A stretch of DNA of 64,000 nucleotides, from the NCBI GenBank assembly GCA_951406725.2, contig OX597814.1:80042001-80106000 (forward strand). Reading direction: 5' to 3'. This DNA comes from Octopus vulgaris. Taxonomy: Eukaryota. Of the stretch, positions 53,786-64,000 are shown piece after piece (within the stretch, counting starts at the first letter, position 1; each line of letters opens with the position of its first letter). The position numbers were made by a program, and so were the translations under genes. The notes under the pieces were generated by a model. It did no database searches, had not been told where the DNA came from, and was given only the letters and a program-made list of their open reading frames with translations.

Positions 53786-54109
53786 AGTTACAGAGATGTA
53801 CTTGCATAGCAAGTGACTTGATCTGAGATCGTGTGCTGGAACGAAAACAGTTGCAGCGTTGAAGGTGTTTATAAGCCATTTAAGAAACACACAAAAATCG
53901 TTAGATTCACTTCAACATTTAAATTTAATTTGTCAAAATATTTTCGTCGCTTTGAGACCGCGACCTGTTAGCACGATATTTTTGTCAGTGAACAGGTCGC
54001 GGTCTCAAAGCGACGAAAATATTTTGGCAAATTAAATTTAAATGTTGAAGTGAATGTAACGGTTTTTGTGTGTTTCTTAAATGGCTTACAAACACCTTCC
54101 ATGCTGTAA
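53786..54109. mobile_element. Fold-back element (~119-bp arms 53851-53969 / 53991-54109, 21-nt spacer, ~65-bp tail) in (TA)n
   Basis: Arms are reverse complements with a few mismatches. Confidence 0.9.
53981..54031 (+). ncRNA. Type I hammerhead-like fold, G3-C8 core variant
   Basis: UUUGUCA-GUGAACA-G-GUCGC-ggucucaaa-GCGAC-GAAA-AUAU-UU-UGGCAAA; 7-bp stem I, 5-bp stem II, palindrome AAUAUU. Confidence 0.72.
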
Positions 54110-54184
54110 TATATATACACACACATATATATATATATGTATGTATGTATGTGTGTATATGTGTATGCATGTATGTGTGTGTGT

Positions 54185-54406
54185 GTGCGTGTCTGTGCTT
54201 GTGATTGTCCTCCACCACTGCTTGACAACGAATGTTGGTTTGTTTACGTCCCTGTCACCTAGTGGTTTGACAAAGGAAACAGATAGAATAAGTACAATGC
54301 TTACAAAAATAAAACTGGAGTTGATTCATTAAACTACAATTCTTCAAGGCATTGCCCCAGCATGGCCACAGACCAATGGCTGGAAAAAGCAGAAGAATAA
54401 AAGAAT
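54185..54406 (+). mobile_element. SINE family A 3' half
   Basis: CTGCTTGACAAC...GTTTACGTCCC...CCCCAGCATGGCCACAG...AAGAATAAAAGAAT. Confidence 0.85.
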
Positions 54407-54472
54407 ACATTCTCTGCTTTGGTCTTATGTTCAAGGCATGAGAAAGCTTGAGTTTACATGAGAAGGCCTAAC

Positions 54473-54738
54473 AGACCTGGTAGAAACAGCAGCCAAATCT
54501 CCCTCAAATCACACCTTACTGTCTTATGTATGTATATATATATGAGCCAATGAGGGGGACCTCTACATGGTAGCTAGACCTGGTAGAAATAGCAGCCAAA
54601 TTTCCCCCAAATCACAACTTACTGTCTTATCTATGTATATATGTATGTATGAGCCTATGAGGTAGACCCCTACATGGCAGCTAGACATGGTAGAAATAGC
54701 AGCCAAATCTCCCTCAAATCACACCTTACTGTCTTATC
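54473..54738 (+). repeat. Three tandem ~105-bp units of a repeat fragment
   Basis: AGACCTGGTAGAAA(C/T)AGCAGCCAAATCTCCCTCAAATCACACCTTACTGTCTTAT near 54473, 54576 and 54683; weaker dispersed relatives near 10410 and 44555. Confidence 0.9.
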
Positions 54739-55124
54739 TTTCTGCTACTTGGATATAGGTCTTATATTCGTCGTAAAAAACTTTCCTGTCACACACTCAC
54801 GCACACGCACACACACACACACACACACGCACCCTCACACACACACACACGCGCACACACACTCACACACACTCACACACACGCACGTTAGCTTACAATT
54901 TTATTTATATATTTGCGTGTCTATGTGTGGAAAGAGGAAGTGGGAGGCAGAGTGAAAGAATCACTCACTACAGTAAGTGAATTACTTTCATTTTATTCGT
55001 TGCCCACTGTGTGTGTGCGTTTGCGTGTGGTGTAAACCAGACTAAGAAAAGCATTTGACACACACACCAGAATGTGAGTTTTCTGTAAATTTTGCTTAAT
55101 TGGAGTTTAAATTTTAAAAACTGG

Positions 55125-55253
55125 ACCTGGCATGACGCGATGCATTCTACTCTTAAAAATGCTAGGTAAATTGTAATTAAAGAAATGCTATATTGTAGAT
55201 TTCTATAACTCCCAAAGGGAGGAAAGATAAAATCTGCCTTTTATAATAAGAGA
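55125..55253 (-). mobile_element. Possible short Helitron remnant
   Basis: Minus strand begins A|TCTCTTATTATAAAAGG, like the 5' end of 53294-53688; 3' CTAG not intact. Confidence 0.35.
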
Positions 55254-55265
55254 TATATATATATA

Positions 55266-55896
55266 CATAAAAGAACAAGATGTACGTTACGCCGCAATAA
55301 TATATGTATAAAAAATATATATAAAATTACAAAATGGGACAAGAACGCAAAGTACTCAAAGAGACGACACAAAATACGAACGGGTCATTCGAAGCCTCTA
55401 ATCTTCAGTCAAGAACCGGATCATCCTCGCAATTTCGGCTGATTAATCTTGAGATCGCTCCGATCCGGCCAGCCTCAAGGAAAAACTAAGCTACGAGCAT
55501 TAAATTTCTTGGAAAAAGGATCGAATGTATACGAAACAAGGACAGAAAAACGGACAATGCCACACGAACTGTCTAAAGTCGTAAGACACCCGCTGTTTTT
55601 GTCCTGTTATTACTATTATTGTTTTTTGTATTTATATTCGTGTGGCATCGTCCGTTTTTTTGTCCTTGTTTCGTATACATTCGATCCTTTTTCCAAGAAA
55701 TCTAATGCTCGTAGCTTAGTTTTTCCTTTGGGGCTGGCCGGATCGGAGCGATCTCAAGATTTATCAGCCGAAATTGCGAGGATGATCCGGTTCTTGACTG
55801 AAGATTAAAGGCTTCGGATGACCCGTCCGTTTTTTGTGTCGTCTCTTTGAGTGTTTTGTGTTCTTGTCCCATTTTGTAATTTTATGTATATTTTTT

Positions 55897-55904
<8 letters not shown>
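55266..55904. mobile_element. Fold-back element (~268-bp arms 55301-55568 / 55637-55904, 68-nt spacer, ~35-bp tail) in (TA)n
   Basis: Arms are imperfect reverse complements; both ends abut (TA)n. Confidence 0.9.
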
Positions 55905-55967
<63 letters not shown>

Positions 55968-55984
55968 CTAAATGAAGAAATCAA

Positions 55985-56208
55985 TGTCCTTCCTGAGTCA
56001 TAAGCTCATAAGGCCGGTTTCCTGGATGCTGTGGCGTAAATATCCCCCGCTGTACGAGACACCAGACGTCGCAGGATTACTCATTTTTGTCCGCTGAGTG
56101 GACTGGAACAACTTGAATGGAATGAAGTGTTTTCCTCAAGGACACAAAACATCGCTCAGTCCAGGATCCGAAATCACAATCTTACAATCACTAAACCACG
56201 CCACTCCA
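55985..56208 (-). mobile_element. SINE family C-related copy
   Basis: GCTGAGTGGACTGG...GAAGTGTTTTCCTCAAGGACACAA is the reverse complement of the 7360-7410 core. Confidence 0.75.
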
Positions 56209-56589
56209 CGTACGTAGTCATACATGTAGATGTACATACATATACACATGCGTGCATATATGCCTGAGTGTGTGTTCATGTGTGTGACTAAAAAGAAGGA
56301 AGAATCCACGGAGACTAGTGGTAGCTTGTGTCAGCAAAACTCATATTTATTATATTTTATTTTATTACTAAATCATATTTAGTCCGTATAGCATTCGGAG
56401 AAAAGTATCCGACGTTTCAGATTGTACCACACGCTTATAAGTGAACATTTGTTCGACGCTCTTATATTAAAAGAGCAAGATCACAATGCAGAAAGATTGG
56501 AAGTGGCATAAAATCAGTTGACGTGCGTGCATGAAAGTCAATATTGACTGGAGAAAGAAAATAAGCAAATTTGGGAAAAGGTGAATCTT

Positions 56590-56725
56590 TAAGTTCTGAA
56601 TTTAAATCCCGCCGAGGCAAACTTTTGTTTTTTATCCCCTCATGGTCGATAAAATAAAGTATCAGTAAGGTACTGGGGTCGATATAATCAACTTGTCCTC
56701 TCCCCTCTAGAAATTGCTGGCTTTT
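56590..56725 (+). mobile_element. SINE family B body
   Basis: GTTCTGAATTTAAATCCCGCCGAGG...GGTCGATAAAATAAAGTA...TACTGGGGTCGATATAATC. Confidence 0.75.
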
Positions 56726-57319
56726 TACCTGTTCAGATTGTCCCGTTCAGAGGAATGTTGTTATTTCGGTCAATTATACGTCATGGAAACAGGATAACTG
56801 TCCTTCGGAGTCCTAAGGCTCAAGAAAAATAACAAAAAAATTACCTTCACATACACATACTATTAATAATACTAGACTTCCAGGAAAAGGCAAACATAGA
56901 GTAGTCAGTTTCTACAAGCTTTCAGAATCCAATTTGCTAGCTTTTTCCACCTCTTGTCATTTTTTCTGTAGGGATTGTCTACTCTAATTCCATTCCATGG
57001 TTTTCCTTTTCTTTTCTCCCTTTTTATTTTTTGTACATATTTGACAACGTCATTCAGCTTAATCTTGGATCTAGTTCTTTATGTTATGATCCCTTCTATA
57101 TATTTCAATATAGTGATCCTGTTGCTGAATTACAGTACGTAACAATTTTATTTTCCCTTTGATCAGTAAGTATTATTTCCTATTTGTTTCTATCTAGAAA
57201 TCAAACGAAATTACTACTTATTCCCTTCAAACTTTGCTTTTGTGACCATGTTTTGAAACTGATCTTTTTTCCATTACATTTCAGACAGAATCAGCGCCGA
57301 ATTGCCCAAGCAGAAATAT

Positions 57320-57450
57320 CGTTATAGCAAATATTCTGCTCCGTACACAGATTTACTTGCCAATTGCTTAATCTTAACCACTTGATCGTGTCACTTAGTG
57401 GGGAAACATCATAGCCATGTGTTGAGAGGAATTCTTTGGGATTTGAATAA
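57320..57450 (+). mobile_element. Internal fragment of the non-coding (AAT)n retroposon
   Basis: AGCAAATATTCTGCTC...CATCATAGCCATGTGTTGAGAGGAATTCTT matches 50878-51030 with a deletion. Confidence 0.75.
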
Positions 57451-57803
57451 ATGTAACAACAGAACACTTTGAAGGAAATAATAGCCATTTTCTACACTTT
57501 CTAGGGTTAAGCAAACAGGAAATAACAGTTGCTACCCAAGTGTTATCATTAACTTGCTTATCACTTTTCAATGTATCTAATCTAGTGTAAACCGGTAAAT
57601 AGAATTCATACAAAAACAAGTAACAGGAAAACGTAATCAAAACAAACGGACTCCTGATCGCCTACATCAGCAAATCTCAGATAATGAAATTAATTCTAAA
57701 AATAGATTAATTTCGAGTAATGTGAGGTAGAGGTTAACAATTAATAAATGAAAGACATAAAATATTTTAAATTCATCGCATGGTATATCACTTTCATTAA
57801 GCT

Positions 57804-57917
57804 ATTTTTCTATGAATATTTTCATTGTTACAACCACTCGTTAGATATTCACATATATAGACATACATATGTGATATGCGGGCGTGCAAGTGTGCGTGTA
57901 TATATATGTATGTATAA

Positions 57918-57950
<33 letters not shown>

Positions 57951-58014
57951 TATGCATATAAGTATATATATACATATATATGCATATATGTATATATATA
58001 TATATATATAAATA

Positions 58015-58073
<59 letters not shown>

Positions 58074-58215
58074 TATATATATATATACATATACATATAT
58101 TTATACATACATATATATACACGCACACTTGCACGCCCGCATACCACATATGTATGTCTATATATGTGAATATCTAATGAGTGGTTGTAACTGTGAAAAT
58201 ATCCATAGAAAAATA
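57804..58215. repeat. Inverted duplication (~125-bp arms) around a (TA)n core
   Basis: 57804-57930 and about 58089-58215 are reverse complements. Confidence 0.9.
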
Positions 58216-58289
<74 letters not shown>

Positions 58290-59309
58290 TATATGCATAT
58301 ACATATATATATAGATACATATATATACATATATATAGATGTATATATATATGCATGTGTTTGTATGTGTGTATGCGTGCGTGTATGTGTTTATGTGTGT
58401 ATAATAATTATAACCTAAGTATTGTATAGAAGCGCCATCTGTAGCCACAGTTACAATAATCTACAATCTTCTCGAACAGACAATGGAACAATTATGAATG
58501 TATATATAGATTGATAGATCTACCACTCTGTGCGTGAATGTGTGTATGTTTTGAGCCTGTATGAAGTTTGTTGTCATCGAATTTCAAGCAATCATTGTTG
58601 ACTGTGGAAGATAAAACACCTACAGCATATTCTAAACATAGAATATTCCGGGCGGCTGTGTTCTATTTACACATTCTTAAACTATAAGATGACTTCATTT
58701 TATTGCTACAAGCTATTTCAAGTGTTTTAGCATAGAGTGCATCTGTTATTGACAACCTTTTACAAAAGCACTTTCATACGATATAACTTACACAAATGAA
58801 AACTGGGCTAACATTCATTTGGGTAATGAACACTTTTTAATAGAAGTGTCTGGATGTAAGGCAACCAGCGGTCTTATTCTCTGCAGCACGATGTCTTTCC
58901 CAATCTGTTATATATAAGTCTGGAAACATGGAAAAAAACCCATCAGCAGCTAAGATTGTAGAAGAGATATTTTAAATTCCCTTTTCATTCATTTCGCTGC
59001 ACCGCTACGTTTTGATTGCTGATACAATCCTGCGAAGATATTAATTCATACTAATTGCAAATGTCCCAAACAACCTCTTTAAAATGCTGTTATCTGATCC
59101 CGTTTTTTCTCTTCATCACCTATTTTTTGTTGCTGTTTTGTATTGCTTTGCTCCACGTCAGCTTTCACCGATAATGCTTACAGTCAAAGGTATTCAAGAC
59201 TTACGTGGCCATCTCTTCTATTACTAAGTCGCTGGTAACTAAAGGCACGCCCACCAGACTTATTTGGTGAAAATGATTGTCAAAAGTCTCAAAACTAAGA
59301 GTTAAGAGA

Positions 59310-59436
59310 AAGGAGTGGTAAGACGCTTGCATCCCAGTCACATAGTTCCGGGTTCAATATCTCCTACTTTAGCCTTGGGATGACCAAAGCGTTGTGAGTG
59401 GATTTGGTGAACGGAAACTGAAAGAAGCCCATCGTT

Positions 59437-59474
<38 letters not shown>

Positions 59475-59706
59475 TATGCGTGTCTCTGTCTTGGTGTCTT
59501 TGTTTCTCTACTGACACCATTCGACAACCGGTGTTGGTGTATTTATGTCCTCGTAACTTAGCGGCTCGGCGAAACGGTCGATAGAATAAGTACCAGGCTT
59601 TAAAAAGGTAAGTACTGGGATCAGTTCATTCAACTCAAAGTTCTTCAAGATGGTGCCCCAGTATGGCTGCAGTCTAATGACTGAAGCAAGTAAAAGATAA
59701 AAGATA
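59310..59706 (+). mobile_element. SINE family A, full length, diverged
   Basis: GTGGTAAGACGCTTGC...CCGGGTTCAAT...GGAAACTGAAAGAAGCCC...(TA)n...GTAAAAGATAAAAGAT. Confidence 0.88.
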
Positions 59707-59852
59707 GCAAAGAAAGTAATTTTGGTCAACCGAGTGATCGGTATTTTGTAATAAACAGCAGACACTTCAACTTTCCTAGCAAAGGTGCTTAACTGGCATT
59801 TACTAACTCTATTTAATTTCTTTAATCAGTAGACTGTCACTTATTGTCCATA

Positions 59853-59907
59853 TGTGTCCTTCTGCTCCGCTTAATCCATTCTGGATTAAGCCGAGCAGGA
59901 GGACACA
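59853..59907. other. GC-rich 26-bp hairpin with 3-nt loop
   Basis: TGTGTCCTTCTGCTCCGCTTAATCCA-TTC-TGGATTAAGCCGAGCAGGAGGACACA; one G-U and one C-C mismatch. Confidence 0.85.
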
Positions 59908-60876
59908 CGCGGAAGGAAAGGGTCGCTCAAGAGCTCACAGATGTATGACGAGAGATTTCTGGGCAATACATTTGAGATAAAAGAAAAACAGTACTAAACG
60001 AATAACGAACGAATATATAATGCGTGTATCCTTTATTCATTTTATTTGTTTTGCTTATATTTATTTTATACAACAATCTTTTAATAATAGGACCACTAAT
60101 TACAAATTTCTAACCTTCCAATAAAGAGCTTGCTGCATTTCTTAAAGTAAAGGTGAGGGTGACAAGGGCCCACGTATTTTTCCTCTCGCCGATGTTCATA
60201 TTCTTCGCCGATATACGTCGGTGAAAGTTGTATGCGCATATATAACTATATAATTTTGATGCGAATCTACCCTGTACTGTTCTCTCTCTCCCTCTTTCGT
60301 TTTCTCTCTCTTCCTTTCTCTAATTCTATTTTTCTTCTCTTCCCCTCATTTCGTTTTCTTTCTCTCATCCTTGCTGTAATCCTTCCCCCCTTTCACCGTT
60401 TTCTATCCTTCTCTCTCTCTTTCTCCTTTACTCTCTCTCGCTACTCATATGTGACCATCATCCATCTTTCTTTTCCTTCAGTCTGTTGCACAGACCAGAC
60501 GCATTCTTATCTGTCTCCACTCCTATCTTTTCTCTTGTCAAAGAATATTCCTTCAGCGTTCGCTAACTTAACTCGTCTGGCCAAACGGCGCTCCATGTTT
60601 GTTTTCATTAGGTTTGTTGTATGTCTCTACTGTCATATTTTTGTTACCAGCTTTGATCCTCCGCAAAAACCCAAATTTTATTTTGGTTCGCGAGAGCAAC
60701 TGTTTTTCGAAGCCTCATATTGTCGTTAATTACTCAAAATATGGAATAGATGAACAGCCAACAACTGATGAAGGATCGTTCTTTATGTTAATTGTTTTGT
60801 TTTCCATTTGTTTTTCTCGATGCTCGCATACCTCAGTTTGCCTTCGTGTTTCCTGTTGTTTACGTTTTGTGACGTC

Positions 60877-60925
<49 letters not shown>

Positions 60926-61080
60926 AGTGTGTGTGTGTGTGTGTGTATGCATATATATATATATATATATATATATGTAAGTATGTATATATGCATATAT
61001 ATATATTTTATATATATATATATATATATGCAGATGTATAAATACATTTATATATGCGTGTGTGAGTATATATATACATA

Positions 61081-61142
<62 letters not shown>

Positions 61143-62279
61143 TGTGTGTGTATACAAACGCAAACACAAACTCTGACCGCGACCTTTTTCTTGATCATAT
61201 GTAGCAAGTAGTTTTAGTCATTCAATCGTCTCTTCTGTAAAGTAGCGATGCGGTTTTCACTTCAATAATCATTTTTCCATTAAAAAGCTGACGCTCTACA
61301 GTCTAGCTGTAAAATAGGTATTTAATTATATATTTCTATTATGTGATTTATTTCATTTGTTTAATTGTCTAACATTATTATCATATAGACAATTAGATGC
61401 TTCTCTGAATATATCAGCAAACTTTTTCATTGAGTTCTTTTGTGATATATGCCACAGATGCAAACCGCGTGTATGTATCTTACTTTCCCCTGATGTATAT
61501 GTAAAGTGTTATATGTGTTGATAGGTTTCCACAGAGTATCTGTCCATGGAATTCTGCTTACAAGATATTAGTCAACCCGAGGCTCTGGTAAAAGAGTTAG
61601 TGTTTAGCCTCAAAAGTACGGGTACTTCTGGTTGATGAGACCCAATATGTCGAAACACCGGTGTCTCAGAATCCCTTGCGCCAATGATCTGAGTGTGTTT
61701 TGAACACGTAGTTGTCGTAACAGGGAAAATTTGTTCTCCTGTGACGTACTCAGCAGTGACTAACATATTTACGCTTGAATTTGCTAGAACTTATGAAGAA
61801 TAAAATTACAAAACGTCGTCTCAGATTTCACTGTACATAGAGCAAATAAAGATTTTTTTAGTCATTGCTATAACATCCTGGAACCATGTGACTGTGGTCT
61901 TTCAGAAGTATAACTGATAGTATATTTTGTATGCATAGCTTGCAGTGTCAGGTTAAATATATGCAACTGAAAAACCATTCCAGTTTATCTTCACTTGAAT
62001 CCCTACACATGCATGAATTCTTCAGCGATGTTCTTATAACCATACGAGTTGTTTTACATCATTGGAAACAAAATTTGCTGATCGCCCAAAACATCTTTTA
62101 TTACTAATTGCTCTTAACGTATTTCACTCGCTCACTGTTTCATTGCTTCAAGTATAAAGATACGGCAAGCAGTTAGCTTAATCAAAGCAGAACCGACGAG
62201 TGGATGTCGATGATTCTTAAGCCCAAGAAACACTCACTGGATATCTTACACTTGTTGATTGCCAACAAGAATTTTAACA

Positions 62280-62475
62280 TTTGTTTCAAATTTTGGCACT
62301 AGGCCAGTAATTTTAGGAGACGAGTAAGTCGATAATATCGACCCCAGTGTTCAATTGGAACTTATTTTTCGACCCCGAAAGGATGAAACCAGCGGTATTT
62401 GAACTTAAAGTCGAGATAAAATGCTGCTAAACATTCATTTTGTCCACTGAGGTAACGAATCTGCCAGCTCGCCAT
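62280..62475 (-). mobile_element. SINE family B, degenerate
   Basis: GGCACTAGGCCAG...ATCGACCCCAGT...CGACCCCGAAAGGATGAAA...CTGCCAGCTCGCC. Confidence 0.82.
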
Positions 62476-63631
62476 CCTCACAAGAATTTTGTTTAACATT
62501 ACAACCTTTTACACCATTGGTCATTCTAAAACTATATCATTCTCGCTTTATTTTAGAATGGTAAGATAATACCTAACAGCCAGCCGAATCAAAAGTCTTC
62601 GAAATACTTATTGTCAAGGGTTTTAAGCCCAGGAAATTTAATTCGTCCTGGATATGTCCAACAACTAGAAAAAAAGCGTCAGGCATGGTCAGAGCTCAGA
62701 ACTGTAAAAAACAAAATTACTTTTTAAATGATAATTTGAGGTTAATAAGAAAGGTATCAAATTCTATAAAAGGGGCTAGAGATAAAACGATTAAATTGAT
62801 CTTAGTTTGTTAATGGTAGTCAATAGTATCAAACAGCTGAACGAGTGCTCATGGGCAGTGAAAAAGTGCTTATGTGGTCGCTCGGCCAGCTAAAAATAGC
62901 TGGTATCCCGTTAAAATGAAAAAAATAAACTTAACAGATGATATATTCTGTGAGTTAAAAGACAGACTACTTATCCCTTTGACAATGGTTTTGCTCAATC
63001 ACTGATGGTCTTGGACTAAACAACAATGATAACAAGAGTATGAACGGTAAATGAAGTAAAAGGTGATTTCGAACTCGTGCGTGGATTATATTTAAATTTA
63101 TTTTGCAATACTGAACTCAATTTTCTCAGGTAGGCCACTTCTATCACCACACCAAATCAAACACTAGGTGAATGAATTCTCTCAAGTTAATTCCATAATC
63201 TAGAAACTATTTCATTCATAAAATCCCATTCTAAACTTTTTACGTAGTCCTTCTCTCTGAAAAAGATAAAACTGAATCTCACTTTCTGTCAGGTTGTTTC
63301 TCCAGTAACAGATAAACCTGCAATAGTTCAAACTGAACATTAACCGAACAAATTGATTTCACTTAATATTATTTCTTTTCCCTCAACTATGAGAAGGGAC
63401 TGAAAAAAAAAACAATTAGGAGCACTGCCTCTTCACTTTAACCACCTTCGTCTCCTCGTGCCCCTTCAAAAATGATGAATGAACAAGTAAATTTACCCTC
63501 CCTTTCGTCACATCCTTTAACCAGTCTTTTACTATCTCTCTCTCCTCTCTTCACATATATTCACATATATACATGTACATATATTTATATATATAGGCGT
63601 GTGTATGTGTGTATATATGTATATATATGTA

Positions 63632-63708
<77 letters not shown>

Positions 63709-64000
63709 CTTTTATTGTTTAATCTTTTCCTGTCTTTTACTTACTCGTTCTCACCTTGATGTTCTTCATTCAATTAATCATTCAATATAATCTTCCCTCT
63801 CCTTCTCTCTCCCTCCGTGCCACAGCTATTTATTGCTCCCTATTTCACGCAATCTCCATTCATTCTTTCTTCTTTAAGAAACGTACTCTGCCCATTAATT
63901 CTCAACCAACTCCCACCTTCTTTCCTTCTGACTATCTGCAACCATTCATTCTCCTCCCAAACAAACACACACCACACATGCACACAAGAACACACACACA

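Noticed and set aside
60232-60729. 165-aa hydrophobic ORF as a membrane protein
   Set aside because: Produced by a CT-rich low-complexity tract running into a repeat.

Overview
Eukaryotic, AT-rich, microsatellite-saturated intergenic or intronic DNA. The SINE families and repeat density point to an octopus or other coleoid cephalopod (inference). I found no supportable host protein-coding exon, rRNA, true tRNA or CRISPR array; most ORFs in the track are translated microsatellites. The window is almost all mobile-element debris: R4/Dong-like RLE LINEs, an L1/Tx1 fragment and a non-coding retroposon clustered in (AAT)n tracts (13.2-23.4 kb, 50.8-52.8 kb); three Penelope-like (GIY-YIG) remnants; two mariners; a hAT remnant and three hAT MITEs; a non-autonomous Helitron; and about 20 copies of three tRNA-derived SINE families. 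The most interesting signal is RNA structure that the ORF track cannot show: seven type I hammerhead ribozyme (HHR) folds in six unrelated repeat families. Two carry compensatory swaps of the catalytic C3-G8 pair (U3-A8 at 49.06 kb, G3-C8 at 53.99 kb) and one sits in the tail of a B-box-bearing SINE-like element (26.0 kb). Several lie in asymmetric fold-back insertions in (TA)n that share one architecture. HHRs in Penelope-like terminal repeats are established; the core variants and the SINE-HHR element are the possibly undescribed parts. All folds were paired by eye and none is tested.
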